Source of the DNA: an uncultured Planctomycetales bacterium
GTDB taxonomy: Bacteria; Omnitrophota; Gorgyraeia; Gygaellales; Profunditerraquicolaceae
Assembly: GCA_964603585.1 (NCBI GenBank)
Contig: CAZRVK010000001.1
Location: forward strand, 207,856 to 271,855
Length of the DNA stretch: 64,000 bases
Direction: 5' to 3'
Position 1 is the stretch's first letter. Each line of letters begins with the position of its first letter. A program made the translations under genes and the position numbers. The notes beneath the pieces were generated by a model that was not told where the DNA came from, ran no database searches, and saw only the letters and a list, made by a program, of their open reading frames with translations. Positions 19,898 to 28,249 of this stretch are shown here, piece after piece.

Positions 19898-20101
19898 TTA
19901 CTGTTTTCGGGGTTTCTTTTCTTTTAATTTAATATCCAATACCGGCCGACCGTGGTAATATCCGCAAACCCTGCAAACCACATGAGGCAGTTTAGGTTGC
20001 TTGCATTGAGGGCAAACCGCAAGGCTGGTTTTTTTTATTTTCCAATGCGTACGCCGGTTCCTCCCTCGCGTTTTGGAATGTCTTTGTTTAGGTAACGCCA
20101 C
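19898..20101 (-). CDS. rpmF: 50S ribosomal protein L32
   Basis: 67 aa. Begins MALPKQRHSKTRGRNRRTHWK. Contains a CxxC...CxxC zinc ribbon. Confidence 0.9.
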   Translation of the reverse strand: MALPKQRHSKTRGRNRRTHWKIKKTSLAVCPQCKQPKLPHVVCRVCGYYHGRPVLDIKLKEKKPRKQ

Positions 20102-20137
20102 TTTATCGCTCCTTCCGCTGCTTTAAAACCATTTTTT

Positions 20138-20545
20138 TTAGGCACAATCACATTTGTCTTGATTCAGATCTTTGCCGCATTTATGGCACAAACCTTTACA
20201 ATCTGGTTTGCACAAAGCCTGTATCGGATAATCCAGGATTATCTCCTGGCGGATATCACAAGACAGGTCAATAAACCGGGTATCCCTCTCCAGTTCATAC
20301 CCTAATTTAAAGTTCTTATTGTAAACCGAACCAAATTCATTCAGGCAGCGAGAACAAGTAAAAACCATCGGCGCAGTCAATGCTATCTCTACCGTAAGCG
20401 CATTGGTAATCCGATGAGCGTAAGCAACTACGCTTATCGGTTCTCTGAATTTAATCTGGTCGGTATCTAACTCCAAATCCTGCGGCAAGATCCGTTCTTT
20501 TAATTCTATACCTTCAGCCGGTATCTGATTAATATATATCTTCAT
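20138..20545 (-). CDS. yceD: YceD/DUF177 family protein
   Basis: 135 aa. Conserved position upstream of rpmF. Has the C-terminal Cys cluster CKPDCKGLCHKCGKDLNQDKCDC. Confidence 0.8.
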   Translation of the reverse strand: MKIYINQIPAEGIELKERILPQDLELDTDQIKFREPISVVAYAHRITNALTVEIALTAPMVFTCSRCLNEFGSVYNKNFKLGYELERDTRFIDLSCDIRQEIILDYPIQALCKPDCKGLCHKCGKDLNQDKCDCA

Positions 20546-20566
20546 GATCGGATGGTGCCCGGGATA

Positions 20567-21055
20567 TTAAGCGACCTTTTGCAACTTCTTCCTTAAGGAG
20601 TTCTCCACAAAATCCGGGACAAAACTCCCCAAATCAGCGCCTAAAGAAGCCACTTCCTTCAGCAGGCGGGAGGAAATATAACTATATGATTCATGCGGCA
20701 TTAAAAAAATCGTTTCGATATTATTGTTTATCTTGCGGTTTGTCAGCGCCATCTGGAATTCATACTCAAAATCCGAAAGCATGCGCAACCCGCGGATCAG
20801 GATCCTTGCCTTGAGCTTCTCGGCATAATCCACTACCAGGCCGTCAAAATCCACAACAGTAACATCCTTTATATCAGAAGTCGCGGCCTTAAGCATCTCA
20901 ACCCGCTCTTTTATGCTAAAAAGAGGTTTTTTATGCGGATTATGCGCTACCGCCACAATAAGCCCCGGGAACAGCTCGCTGGCTCTTTTGATGATATCGA
21001 TATGTCCGTAGGTAACGGGATCGAAGCTTCCGGGATAAATTGCCTGTTGGCACAT
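20567..21055 (-). CDS. coaD: phosphopantetheine adenylyltransferase
   Basis: 162 aa. Has the nucleotidyltransferase motif IYPGSFDPVTYGHIDII. Confidence 0.9.
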   Translation of the reverse strand: MCQQAIYPGSFDPVTYGHIDIIKRASELFPGLIVAVAHNPHKKPLFSIKERVEMLKAATSDIKDVTVVDFDGLVVDYAEKLKARILIRGLRMLSDFEYEFQMALTNRKINNNIETIFLMPHESYSYISSRLLKEVASLGADLGSFVPDFVENSLRKKLQKVA

Positions 21056-21058
21056 ATT

Positions 21059-21631
21059 TTATGTTTTCTTTCCATCTACAGGCTTTTCTTTGCGATAGAA
21101 CGAAAGCGTGGTACCGCCATATCTGGCCTGCTTACACAAAATTAAACCTCCCTCAATATCCGGGAGATCATCTTTCCTGAAATGCTGCACAACCACCAAA
21201 CCATTGCCGGCTACTATATCACATGCACCCAGACTTTGCAAGATTTTTTTTCCCAAATCACGATAATACGGAGGATCAAGGAATACCAAATCAAAATTTT
21301 TCTTATTAGTCTTAAGAAACGCAATCGCATTGTCTGCTTCCATTGCCATTAAATCGCAGTTATGGGATCTAAGAGCATCCAGGTTATTCCTGATCGCCAG
21401 CACGCATTCCCGTTTACTCTCTACCAGGGTAACATGACCCGCTCCCCGGCTCAATGCCTCCAGACCTACCGCCCCTGTACCGGCAAACAACTCCAAAACC
21501 GTCAATCCGGATATATCCGACAATATATCGAACAAGGCTTTGCGCACCTTGTTTTGCGTAGGCCTTATCCCCTTAGGCATCATAAGCTTCCTGCCTTTAT
21601 GCACCCCTGTCAATATTCTCATCTTATCCAA
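21059..21631 (-). CDS. rsmD: 16S rRNA (guanine966-N2)-methyltransferase
   Basis: 190 aa. SAM motifs present (VLELFAGTGAVGLEALSRGA, FLDPPY). Confidence 0.8.
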   Translation of the reverse strand: MDKMRILTGVHKGRKLMMPKGIRPTQNKVRKALFDILSDISGLTVLELFAGTGAVGLEALSRGAGHVTLVESKRECVLAIRNNLDALRSHNCDLMAMEADNAIAFLKTNKKNFDLVFLDPPYYRDLGKKILQSLGACDIVAGNGLVVVQHFRKDDLPDIEGGLILCKQARYGGTTLSFYRKEKPVDGKKT

Positions 21632-21639
21632 CTGATATT

Positions 21640-23751
21640 TTATCCTACGACCATTAACGACTCATATTCAGGAAAACTACGCAATAATTTCTGCCTTAAA
21701 AGCATATTACCGGATGCAGTCAAGTGCGGATCCTCCCCTACGATCCTGATTGCCTCCCGGCGGGCTTTTCGCAACAATTGGATCTGTCCCAATGGATCAG
21801 CGATCTTGAGTTCAGTCAATCCATGCTGCCGGCGCCCAAAGAACTCACCCGGGCCTCTAATCCTTAAGTCCTCTTCTGCGATACGAAAACCATCGGGATA
21901 TTTGACCATAGCCTCAAGCCTCAAACGCACATCTTCACTCTCAATATCCGCCACTAATAAACAAACCGATTCATCTTTACCACGTCCCACCCTGCCGCGA
22001 AGCTGGTGTAATTGGGCCAATCCAAAACGTTCGGCATGCTCAATCACCATGCAGGAGGCATTAGGAATATCTATCCCCACCTCTAAAACCGTGGTAGAGA
22101 TCAATACATCTAATTGCCGGTTCTTGAATTTAAGCATCACCTCATCCTGCTCTTTTTGTTTTAACCGTCCATGGACTAATCCAAGCCTGAACTCCTTGAA
22201 CTCATTTTCCTGTAACCGCTGGTACATCCGCTTTGCGCCAACAATATCCAAGGCATATGATTCTTCGATTACCGGATAAATTATAAAAACCTGCCGGCCG
22301 GCTTTCAAATGCTCTTTAGCGATACTATAAGCCTGCCATTCTTCTTTTTTCGCCGTAAAGACCGAGGTCTTTACCGGCAGCCGACCTGCCGGCATCTCAT
22401 CGATCACGGAAATATCCAGATCCCCATACAGGGTTATCGCCAAAGTACGCGGGATAGGGGTCGCAGTCATTATCAGCACATCCGGCGTCCTGCCCTTTTG
22501 AGGCAATAACGCTCTCTGGCCTACTCCAAACTTATGCTGTTCATCGATAACCACCAAACCCAAGGAATTAAATTCCACATCTGCAGACAATAAGGCATGC
22601 GTACCGAGCAGCAAGTTTATTTCTCCGCTTTTTACCGCCGCAAGGATCCTCGATCTTTCCCCGGATGGCATCCGGCCGGAAAGAAAACCTAAATTTATCT
22701 TTTGTTTATATCCGTTCGCAGATAAGGCAAGGATACAACTCTGGATCTGGGTATTTATCTTATCATAATGCTGCTTGGATAGGATTTCTGTCGGTGCCAT
22801 GAATGCGGCCTGGTATCCTCCCTGTATAGCTGATAGACAAGCAATAACAGCCACCACTGTTTTTCCAGAACCGACATCCCCTTGTAAGAGCCTTTGCATG
22901 GGGGCGCGTCCGGACATATCGGAATTGATTTCTCGGATCACATCTTCTTGCGCCCTGGTAAGAACAAAAGGAAGGGTTTTAATGAAAGTCTGGACAATAT
23001 TGCCTTCAACCTGGTGTGAGATCCCGATTAAATCCTTCTTTCTTAGTTTACGCAAAGCAAGCGGCAGCTGAAACAGCAGGAATTCATCAAAAGAAAGCCG
23101 TTCATAAGACTCTCTCTGATCATTGGTCTCATTTGGAAAATGGATATTGACGAGTGCTTGTGCTAAATTAAGCAGATCATTGCGCTTGCGGATATCAAAA
23201 GCAAGGTATTCCTTAATTAACGGGATGTACTCATCCAGGGCACGCCTTATCAACCGGCGGAAATAACGCTGGGTAATTCCCTGCGCAAGAGAATAAATCG
23301 GCACCAGGCGGTTTAAATCGGATAGATGCTCATCCTTTGGAATGATCTCGAATTCCGGGGAGTTCATCTGTAGTTTAGCGCCAAAATGCTCCAGCCGGCC
23401 AAATAGGATCACAGATTCTCCCACCTTAAAATAATGTTTCAAAAAAGGCTGATTAAACCAAACACAGGAGATCTTACCGGTTTCGTCACCAACCACTACC
23501 TCCAGGATAGTAAACCCCCGGTTATGAAAAGAACGGCGCTGGGCACTAACTAAAACCTTACCCTGAATCCCCTGAAACGAGCCTTCGGAAAGATTGGCAA
23601 TCGGAACAAGATTCCTGCGGTCCTGATAACGCCTGGGGAAATAATATAAAAGGTCTTCTATACTATAAATGCCCAGACTATTAAAACTCAACGCTTTTTT
23701 CGGACCAATGCCTTTCAAATATTGAATGGAGGTATCGAGGGATTTATTCAT
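21640..23751 (-). CDS. recG: ATP-dependent DNA helicase RecG
   Basis: 703 aa. Has an N-terminal wedge domain. Walker A is GDVGSGKT and the DEAH-type box is VIDEQH. The helicase C-terminal motifs are present. Confidence 0.9.
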   Translation of the reverse strand: MNKSLDTSIQYLKGIGPKKALSFNSLGIYSIEDLLYYFPRRYQDRRNLVPIANLSEGSFQGIQGKVLVSAQRRSFHNRGFTILEVVVGDETGKISCVWFNQPFLKHYFKVGESVILFGRLEHFGAKLQMNSPEFEIIPKDEHLSDLNRLVPIYSLAQGITQRYFRRLIRRALDEYIPLIKEYLAFDIRKRNDLLNLAQALVNIHFPNETNDQRESYERLSFDEFLLFQLPLALRKLRKKDLIGISHQVEGNIVQTFIKTLPFVLTRAQEDVIREINSDMSGRAPMQRLLQGDVGSGKTVVAVIACLSAIQGGYQAAFMAPTEILSKQHYDKINTQIQSCILALSANGYKQKINLGFLSGRMPSGERSRILAAVKSGEINLLLGTHALLSADVEFNSLGLVVIDEQHKFGVGQRALLPQKGRTPDVLIMTATPIPRTLAITLYGDLDISVIDEMPAGRLPVKTSVFTAKKEEWQAYSIAKEHLKAGRQVFIIYPVIEESYALDIVGAKRMYQRLQENEFKEFRLGLVHGRLKQKEQDEVMLKFKNRQLDVLISTTVLEVGIDIPNASCMVIEHAERFGLAQLHQLRGRVGRGKDESVCLLVADIESEDVRLRLEAMVKYPDGFRIAEEDLRIRGPGEFFGRRQHGLTELKIADPLGQIQLLRKARREAIRIVGEDPHLTASGNMLLRQKLLRSFPEYESLMVVG

Positions 23752-23763
23752 ATAGCTAAAAAG

Positions 23764-24228
23764 CTACAACGTAGTCTGCTCTGCCGGTAAAGAACCAGAT
23801 CCCGGGACAGCTGGCTTTTCCCGGCGAGGATTGATCTTGCCTTGACGCACTTCCACTGTAAAAGAATCCGTGGAATACTCCTTGCCATTGATCCTGGTTT
23901 TAGCCGGGCCGATCTGGAGTGTGCCGGGATTCACCGGTTTTAGAACAAAAACAAAAACAAAAGTATTTTTTACCCCGGAAGAAGTGGCATTCAGTGAAGA
24001 TGAGCGCACCTGCGAAAGAACCCGCAAACCCGTAAATTCAGGCAGTTCAACCTTAGGAGACTTCTGGGAATCCGAAATAACAGTAAGCTTATACTTGATA
24101 AACTCATCTGTAGTAACAACATTTTTATCTACTTCACCATGGATGGAAATTTCCGCAAGAAGTGTATTAAAAGCGCACAAAACAAAAGTAAACAATAAAC
24201 ATATTGTGACCGGTATTGTCTTATTCAT
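23764..24228 (-). CDS. small exported hypothetical protein (BatD N-terminal-like beta-sandwich?)
   Basis: 154 aa. A signal peptide is present. Alternating hydrophobic beta-strand pattern. The BatD-like resemblance is weak. Confidence 0.35.
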   Translation of the reverse strand: MNKTIPVTICLLFTFVLCAFNTLLAEISIHGEVDKNVVTTDEFIKYKLTVISDSQKSPKVELPEFTGLRVLSQVRSSSLNATSSGVKNTFVFVFVLKPVNPGTLQIGPAKTRINGKEYSTDSFTVEVRQGKINPRREKPAVPGSGSLPAEQTTL

Positions 24229-24348
24229 ATTTTAATTATACACCCCTGATTTTTTATCTGTCAACACATATGATCACCTGCCACATAAAGCCATATAATT
24301 CTTTCGCATAGTTAAGCCATAAAAACTATTTGCGGCAGATCAAAATTA

Positions 24349-25311
24349 CTATGCGGATTTGAGTTGATTGATCACTTGGCTCATTTCTTCCTCACTGCGG
24401 GCATGGCAGGCTTTTTCTCTCAAATACCGGACATTATGCATGCCTTTGGTATACCAACCGAAAAATTTACGAAAAATAACCACCCCATCCCTGCCTTTGT
24501 AAAACTTCACACAATCAGCAAAATGTTCAAGCATTATATCAATAACCGCATCCGGGCTCGGCCGGGGGATTACCTTATTTCCTGATAATAAGGCCTCGGT
24601 TTCCGGGAATATCCATGGGTTGCCTAAAGCACCGCGAGCGACGGCTAAACCGTCGCAACCGGTCTCATCCAGCATCTTTTTTGCTAACGCAGGTGAAAAA
24701 ACATCCCCGCTGCCAATAACCGGAATCTCCAGCGCTTTTTTAGCTAAGGCGATCGGACGATAATCCACCTGCCCTCTATACTCCTGCATTTTAGTCCGGC
24801 CATGAATAAATACCGCGCTTACCCCGGCATCCTGGGCATAAAGGGCGACTTCCCGGGCATTAACGGAATCATCATCCCAGCCGCTGCGGATCTTTACCGT
24901 TACCGGTGTCTTGGCACGTGCCACTACGACCTTTAGCAGTTTATTCAGTTTCTTAGGATCTTTTAATAAACTTGCCCCCTCTTGACGAATTACAACCTTC
25001 CTGGCCGGACAGGCAGAATTGAAATCCAAAAGATCAAAATCGTATTTTTGCAGTATATCCATGGCTCTTACAATAAACTTTTCTTCCGCGCCGAGCAGTT
25101 GAATTCCCAAAGGCTTGTCTTTTCTCCCGGTTGAAAGCATATGCGCAGTTTTTTTGCTTTTATAACTTAAAGACCGGACGTTGATCATCTCCACAAATGC
25201 CAGCTGGCAGCCAAATTTACGATTAAGCATACGAAACGGCAAATCAGTGATCCCAGCCATCGGTGATAGGACCAGCCTGGAAGATAATTTAAGATCGCCT
25301 ATTGTTAACAT
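24349..25311 (-). CDS. dus: tRNA-dihydrouridine synthase
   Basis: 320 aa. TIM-barrel Dus motifs present (LSPMAGITDLPFR, FDLLDFNSACP, active-site Cys). Confidence 0.85.
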   Translation of the reverse strand: MLTIGDLKLSSRLVLSPMAGITDLPFRMLNRKFGCQLAFVEMINVRSLSYKSKKTAHMLSTGRKDKPLGIQLLGAEEKFIVRAMDILQKYDFDLLDFNSACPARKVVIRQEGASLLKDPKKLNKLLKVVVARAKTPVTVKIRSGWDDDSVNAREVALYAQDAGVSAVFIHGRTKMQEYRGQVDYRPIALAKKALEIPVIGSGDVFSPALAKKMLDETGCDGLAVARGALGNPWIFPETEALLSGNKVIPRPSPDAVIDIMLEHFADCVKFYKGRDGVVIFRKFFGWYTKGMHNVRYLREKACHARSEEEMSQVINQLKSA

Positions 25312-25347
25312 TAGTAAATCGCACTTAGAAAAGGATTCGCTGCAGGA

Positions 25348-26001
25348 TTAGTATTTGTATGAAATACCGATAACACCAAGATAGGTATTGATCCCGCTGT
25401 TAGGATGGTCAATTCCGGCATTGGAAAGATGCCGTAAACGAAATTCACTCACCAAAGATAAATTCGGCTTAAAGAAATAATGCGCGCCAACAGCTCCTGT
25501 TTCAATGAAATTGAACTGTGTTGACTGCTCCTGGGTGTGCTGGGTCATATAAACCATTCCCACGCCAGCCTTTACAAAAGGCTGGAACTTCCAGTTCTCC
25601 GGGACAAGACCTAACTTCAGGAAAAAAGAATTTCCAACTTCCATATTCGAAGAAGGGTCCCAGACATAGGCTAAATACGGTTCTATCTGTAAATTTACCA
25701 AGGAAGACGGGTTAAATCCGATTCTTTTAGTCAGGTTCTTCAGGTTAAAATCGAGGTCTACGATAAAAGGAACAAAACGGTAATCCGGCTTTTTATCAAA
25801 AACACTTTTTGCCTTCAGTTTATTCCAAGCAAAGCCGCTAAGCAATTCAATGCCGGTAAACGGCATTAAAGGCTCTTTTTCCAATGATGCTCCGGTTTCG
25901 ACGGCTGCCTGTCCATCCACTTGAGCAGCCCAGGAAGGATAAAGAAAGGCAAAAATAAAACATATTGTGATGAGGAGCAATCTGCAGGGTAGCTTTATCA
26001 T
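25348..26001 (-). CDS. outer-membrane beta-barrel protein, lipid A 3-O-deacylase (PagL)-like
   Basis: 217 aa. Has a signal peptide and alternating beta-strand pattern, and ends in an aromatic residue (...GISYKY). A candidate His/Ser catalytic dyad lies in HLSNAGIDHPNSG near the C-terminus, as in PagL-type deacylases. Confidence 0.4.
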   Translation of the reverse strand: MIKLPCRLLLITICFIFAFLYPSWAAQVDGQAAVETGASLEKEPLMPFTGIELLSGFAWNKLKAKSVFDKKPDYRFVPFIVDLDFNLKNLTKRIGFNPSSLVNLQIEPYLAYVWDPSSNMEVGNSFFLKLGLVPENWKFQPFVKAGVGMVYMTQHTQEQSTQFNFIETGAVGAHYFFKPNLSLVSEFRLRHLSNAGIDHPNSGINTYLGVIGISYKY

Positions 26002-26121
26002 AATGATTTAATTATATTTACAGTTTTACTCTTGTCAATATTTTTTTATAAAATTACCTGCATGCATGTAAATTGCATAACCCCAAACATGCAACAGATA
26101 AGCTAATTACAAATGTTTTTT

Positions 26122-27348
26122 CTATATACGCCGGCACATCCTAACGGCTTTTTCCATTTCATTCTCCGAAATAAAAATACTCGTGGATAAAGTTATATGC
26201 CGCTTTGCCAAATAAGAAGCAGAAGGTAATTCTTTCTCCTGGATCACCCCTTTTAAATAATCATAGCCATTAACCGCAGAAGTATAAATTTGGGAAACCC
26301 CAAGCCCGGAGTTCTCAAACAGTTGCAGGGCCCTCTTGCGTTTTTGCTGGTCATCGAAAACCAAAGTTAAATACGGATATACGGCCTTTGCCCCTGCCGG
26401 TTCTTTTATCACCGTAACACCCGGAGTATCCTTAAGCCTATATATATAATACTCCGCTTTTTTACGCTGAGCGATAATCTGGCGGTCGATCTGATGAAAA
26501 CCAAGGTGGCCGATCATGTTCCTTAAAGCAGAAACCTTATGTGTAGGGAAGTGTTCACTAAAATACTCGATATTCGCCCTAAGCTTATTCCCCTGCATCT
26601 GCCAAAAGATCTGCGGCAGGCGGAAAACAAACCAGAAAAAAACAGGGTTATAGACAAAGGCATACCCGAACAACTCCGCGACCTTAAGGCCTTCGGAAAA
26701 AATGTCTTTTTTTACAAGCTCCGCGACCTTGCGGTTAACCACTTCTGTATATTCCTTTTTATTTACGGCGATCAAGCCTCCCTCATATATCGTCAATCCC
26801 TTGCCCCGGCACAGGCTGAAAAAAGAAAAATCCCCTAAAGTCCCCACCTTAGCCTGCCGATAGCAGGCCCCTAAACTCTGGGCACAATCTTCGATAATAA
26901 ATATCCCGTTCAACCGGCAGATATGAGAGATCTCCTCGAAGACCAGCGGCACTCCAGCCAGGTGGACTGCTACCACCGCCAAGATATCTTTATTCGAAGA
27001 ACATATCCTTTCAAGATCCCCGGGATCAAAATTAAAGTCCCGGGGGTTTATATCGCAAACCTGGACTTTAAGCCCTGCCCGCTTAATCGCCAAAGGCAGC
27101 AACGGGCAAACAAAAGCTGGAATGACCACGGTTTTTCTTGCGGATAGTTCTTTTAAGCTTTCAAGGATCAAATAAAATGCCGCGCTTCCGGAATAAACCA
27201 GCCATGCAGAATCAACACCAAGGTAGCCTCGAAAATCACCCTCTAAAGAGCCATTCCGGCAAGCTTTCTTTAACCCCGAAAAGATATCTTTCCAGTAAAC
27301 TGGCAGTCCGGCAGTTGGAGGGATTTCTCTAAACAGACTCATTTGCAT
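26122..27348 (-). CDS. DegT/DnrJ/EryC1/StrS-family PLP-dependent aminotransferase
   Basis: 408 aa. Family blocks present (IIEDCAQSLGA..KVGTLGDFSFFSLCRGKGLTIYEGG) with a PLP-lysine region. Confidence 0.75.
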   Translation of the reverse strand: MQMSLFREIPPTAGLPVYWKDIFSGLKKACRNGSLEGDFRGYLGVDSAWLVYSGSAAFYLILESLKELSARKTVVIPAFVCPLLPLAIKRAGLKVQVCDINPRDFNFDPGDLERICSSNKDILAVVAVHLAGVPLVFEEISHICRLNGIFIIEDCAQSLGACYRQAKVGTLGDFSFFSLCRGKGLTIYEGGLIAVNKKEYTEVVNRKVAELVKKDIFSEGLKVAELFGYAFVYNPVFFWFVFRLPQIFWQMQGNKLRANIEYFSEHFPTHKVSALRNMIGHLGFHQIDRQIIAQRKKAEYYIYRLKDTPGVTVIKEPAGAKAVYPYLTLVFDDQQKRKRALQLFENSGLGVSQIYTSAVNGYDYLKGVIQEKELPSASYLAKRHITLSTSIFISENEMEKAVRMCRRI

Positions 27349-27444
27349 TATCCTTACGAATATTTTCCTGTTTTATATTTTATTTTATGATAAAATGCCT
27401 TACGAATCAAGAGTTCACAGTATCTCCGGGACATCTTAAAACAA

Positions 27445-27861
27445 ATGAAAACAAAAAAAGTAACATTAAAAATTCTGTCATTCTTAATACTCACCGACCT
27501 TTTAGAAACCTTAACCCAGTTTTGTTTTAAGAAAAGCGCCGACCTGCAAAGCGCATTTTATATAAATACAATTACTGATACTTACCAATTCCTCAAAGTA
27601 ATCTTTTCTTCCGGCTACCTTTGGGTCGGTTTTATTTCCGTGTTCTTGACCTTCAGCATATGGTCAACGATACTTTCGAAAATCGATCTAAGTGTCGCCG
27701 TCCCTATCGCCAGTTTCAGCTACATATTAGTGCCCTTGGTCTCGATTGTCTTCCTGCATGAACAGGTTTCAATCCTTGACTGGACAGGGATATTCTTCAT
27801 CCTAACTGGAGTAATATTTGTTTCTCTTAGCAGTGAAAAAACCGGAGCTGTAAGTAAATGA
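27445..27861 (+). CDS. small 4-TM membrane protein, DMT/EamA half-transporter (ArnE/ArnF-like)
   Basis: 138 aa with 4 predicted TM helices. Overlaps the next gene by 4 bp (ATGA), which suggests a heterodimeric pair. Confidence 0.5.
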   Translation: MKTKKVTLKILSFLILTDLLETLTQFCFKKSADLQSAFYINTITDTYQFLKVIFSSGYLWVGFISVFLTFSIWSTILSKIDLSVAVPIASFSYILVPLVSIVFLHEQVSILDWTGIFFILTGVIFVSLSSEKTGAVSK

Positions 27862-28247
27862 AAAACAGCGCACTCTTTATAGTATCTCTTATCATCCTGG
27901 CTTCACTTTTTGATACCATCAATCAACTGTTCCTTAAAACCACCATAAACTCACTAGACTTAAATATAAACGGTTTTAAAAAAGCTGTCGGGTTCGTATT
28001 GAAACTGCTTACCAGGCCAAGGATCTGGGTCGGTTTCTTCTTCTGCTGTCTGTCCCTGGTAGTCTGGCTATTCGTGCTTTCAAAGGCCGACTTGAATTTC
28101 GCATTCTCGGTTGACAGTATGCATTATATTTTTATTGCTATCGCCTCAAAATTCATTTTAAAGGAAAAGGTTGGCTTTAAACGGTGGGTCGGAACCGCCT
28201 TTATTGTTTTAGGGATTATCTTACTAACTTTTAGCAACAGTAATTAA
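27858..28247 (+). CDS. small 4-TM membrane protein, DMT/EamA half-transporter (ArnE/ArnF-like partner)
   Basis: 129 aa with 4 predicted TM helices. Translationally coupled to the preceding gene. Confidence 0.5.
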   Translation: MKNSALFIVSLIILASLFDTINQLFLKTTINSLDLNINGFKKAVGFVLKLLTRPRIWVGFFFCCLSLVVWLFVLSKADLNFAFSVDSMHYIFIAIASKFILKEKVGFKRWVGTAFIVLGIILLTFSNSN

Positions 28248-28249
28248 TC

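Noticed and set aside
21362-22279. 305-aa plus-strand ORF
   Set aside because: It lies entirely antisense within recG. The translation is low-complexity (Ser/Pro/Arg-rich) with no recognisable domain. The opposite strand encodes a clear RecG helicase.
26040-26090. Short palindromes (tgcatgca; atgca-N7-tgcat) upstream of the PagL-like gene
   Set aside because: They sit in a very AT-rich stretch where short palindromes occur by chance, and there is no second copy elsewhere in the window. I note them only as a weak candidate operator.
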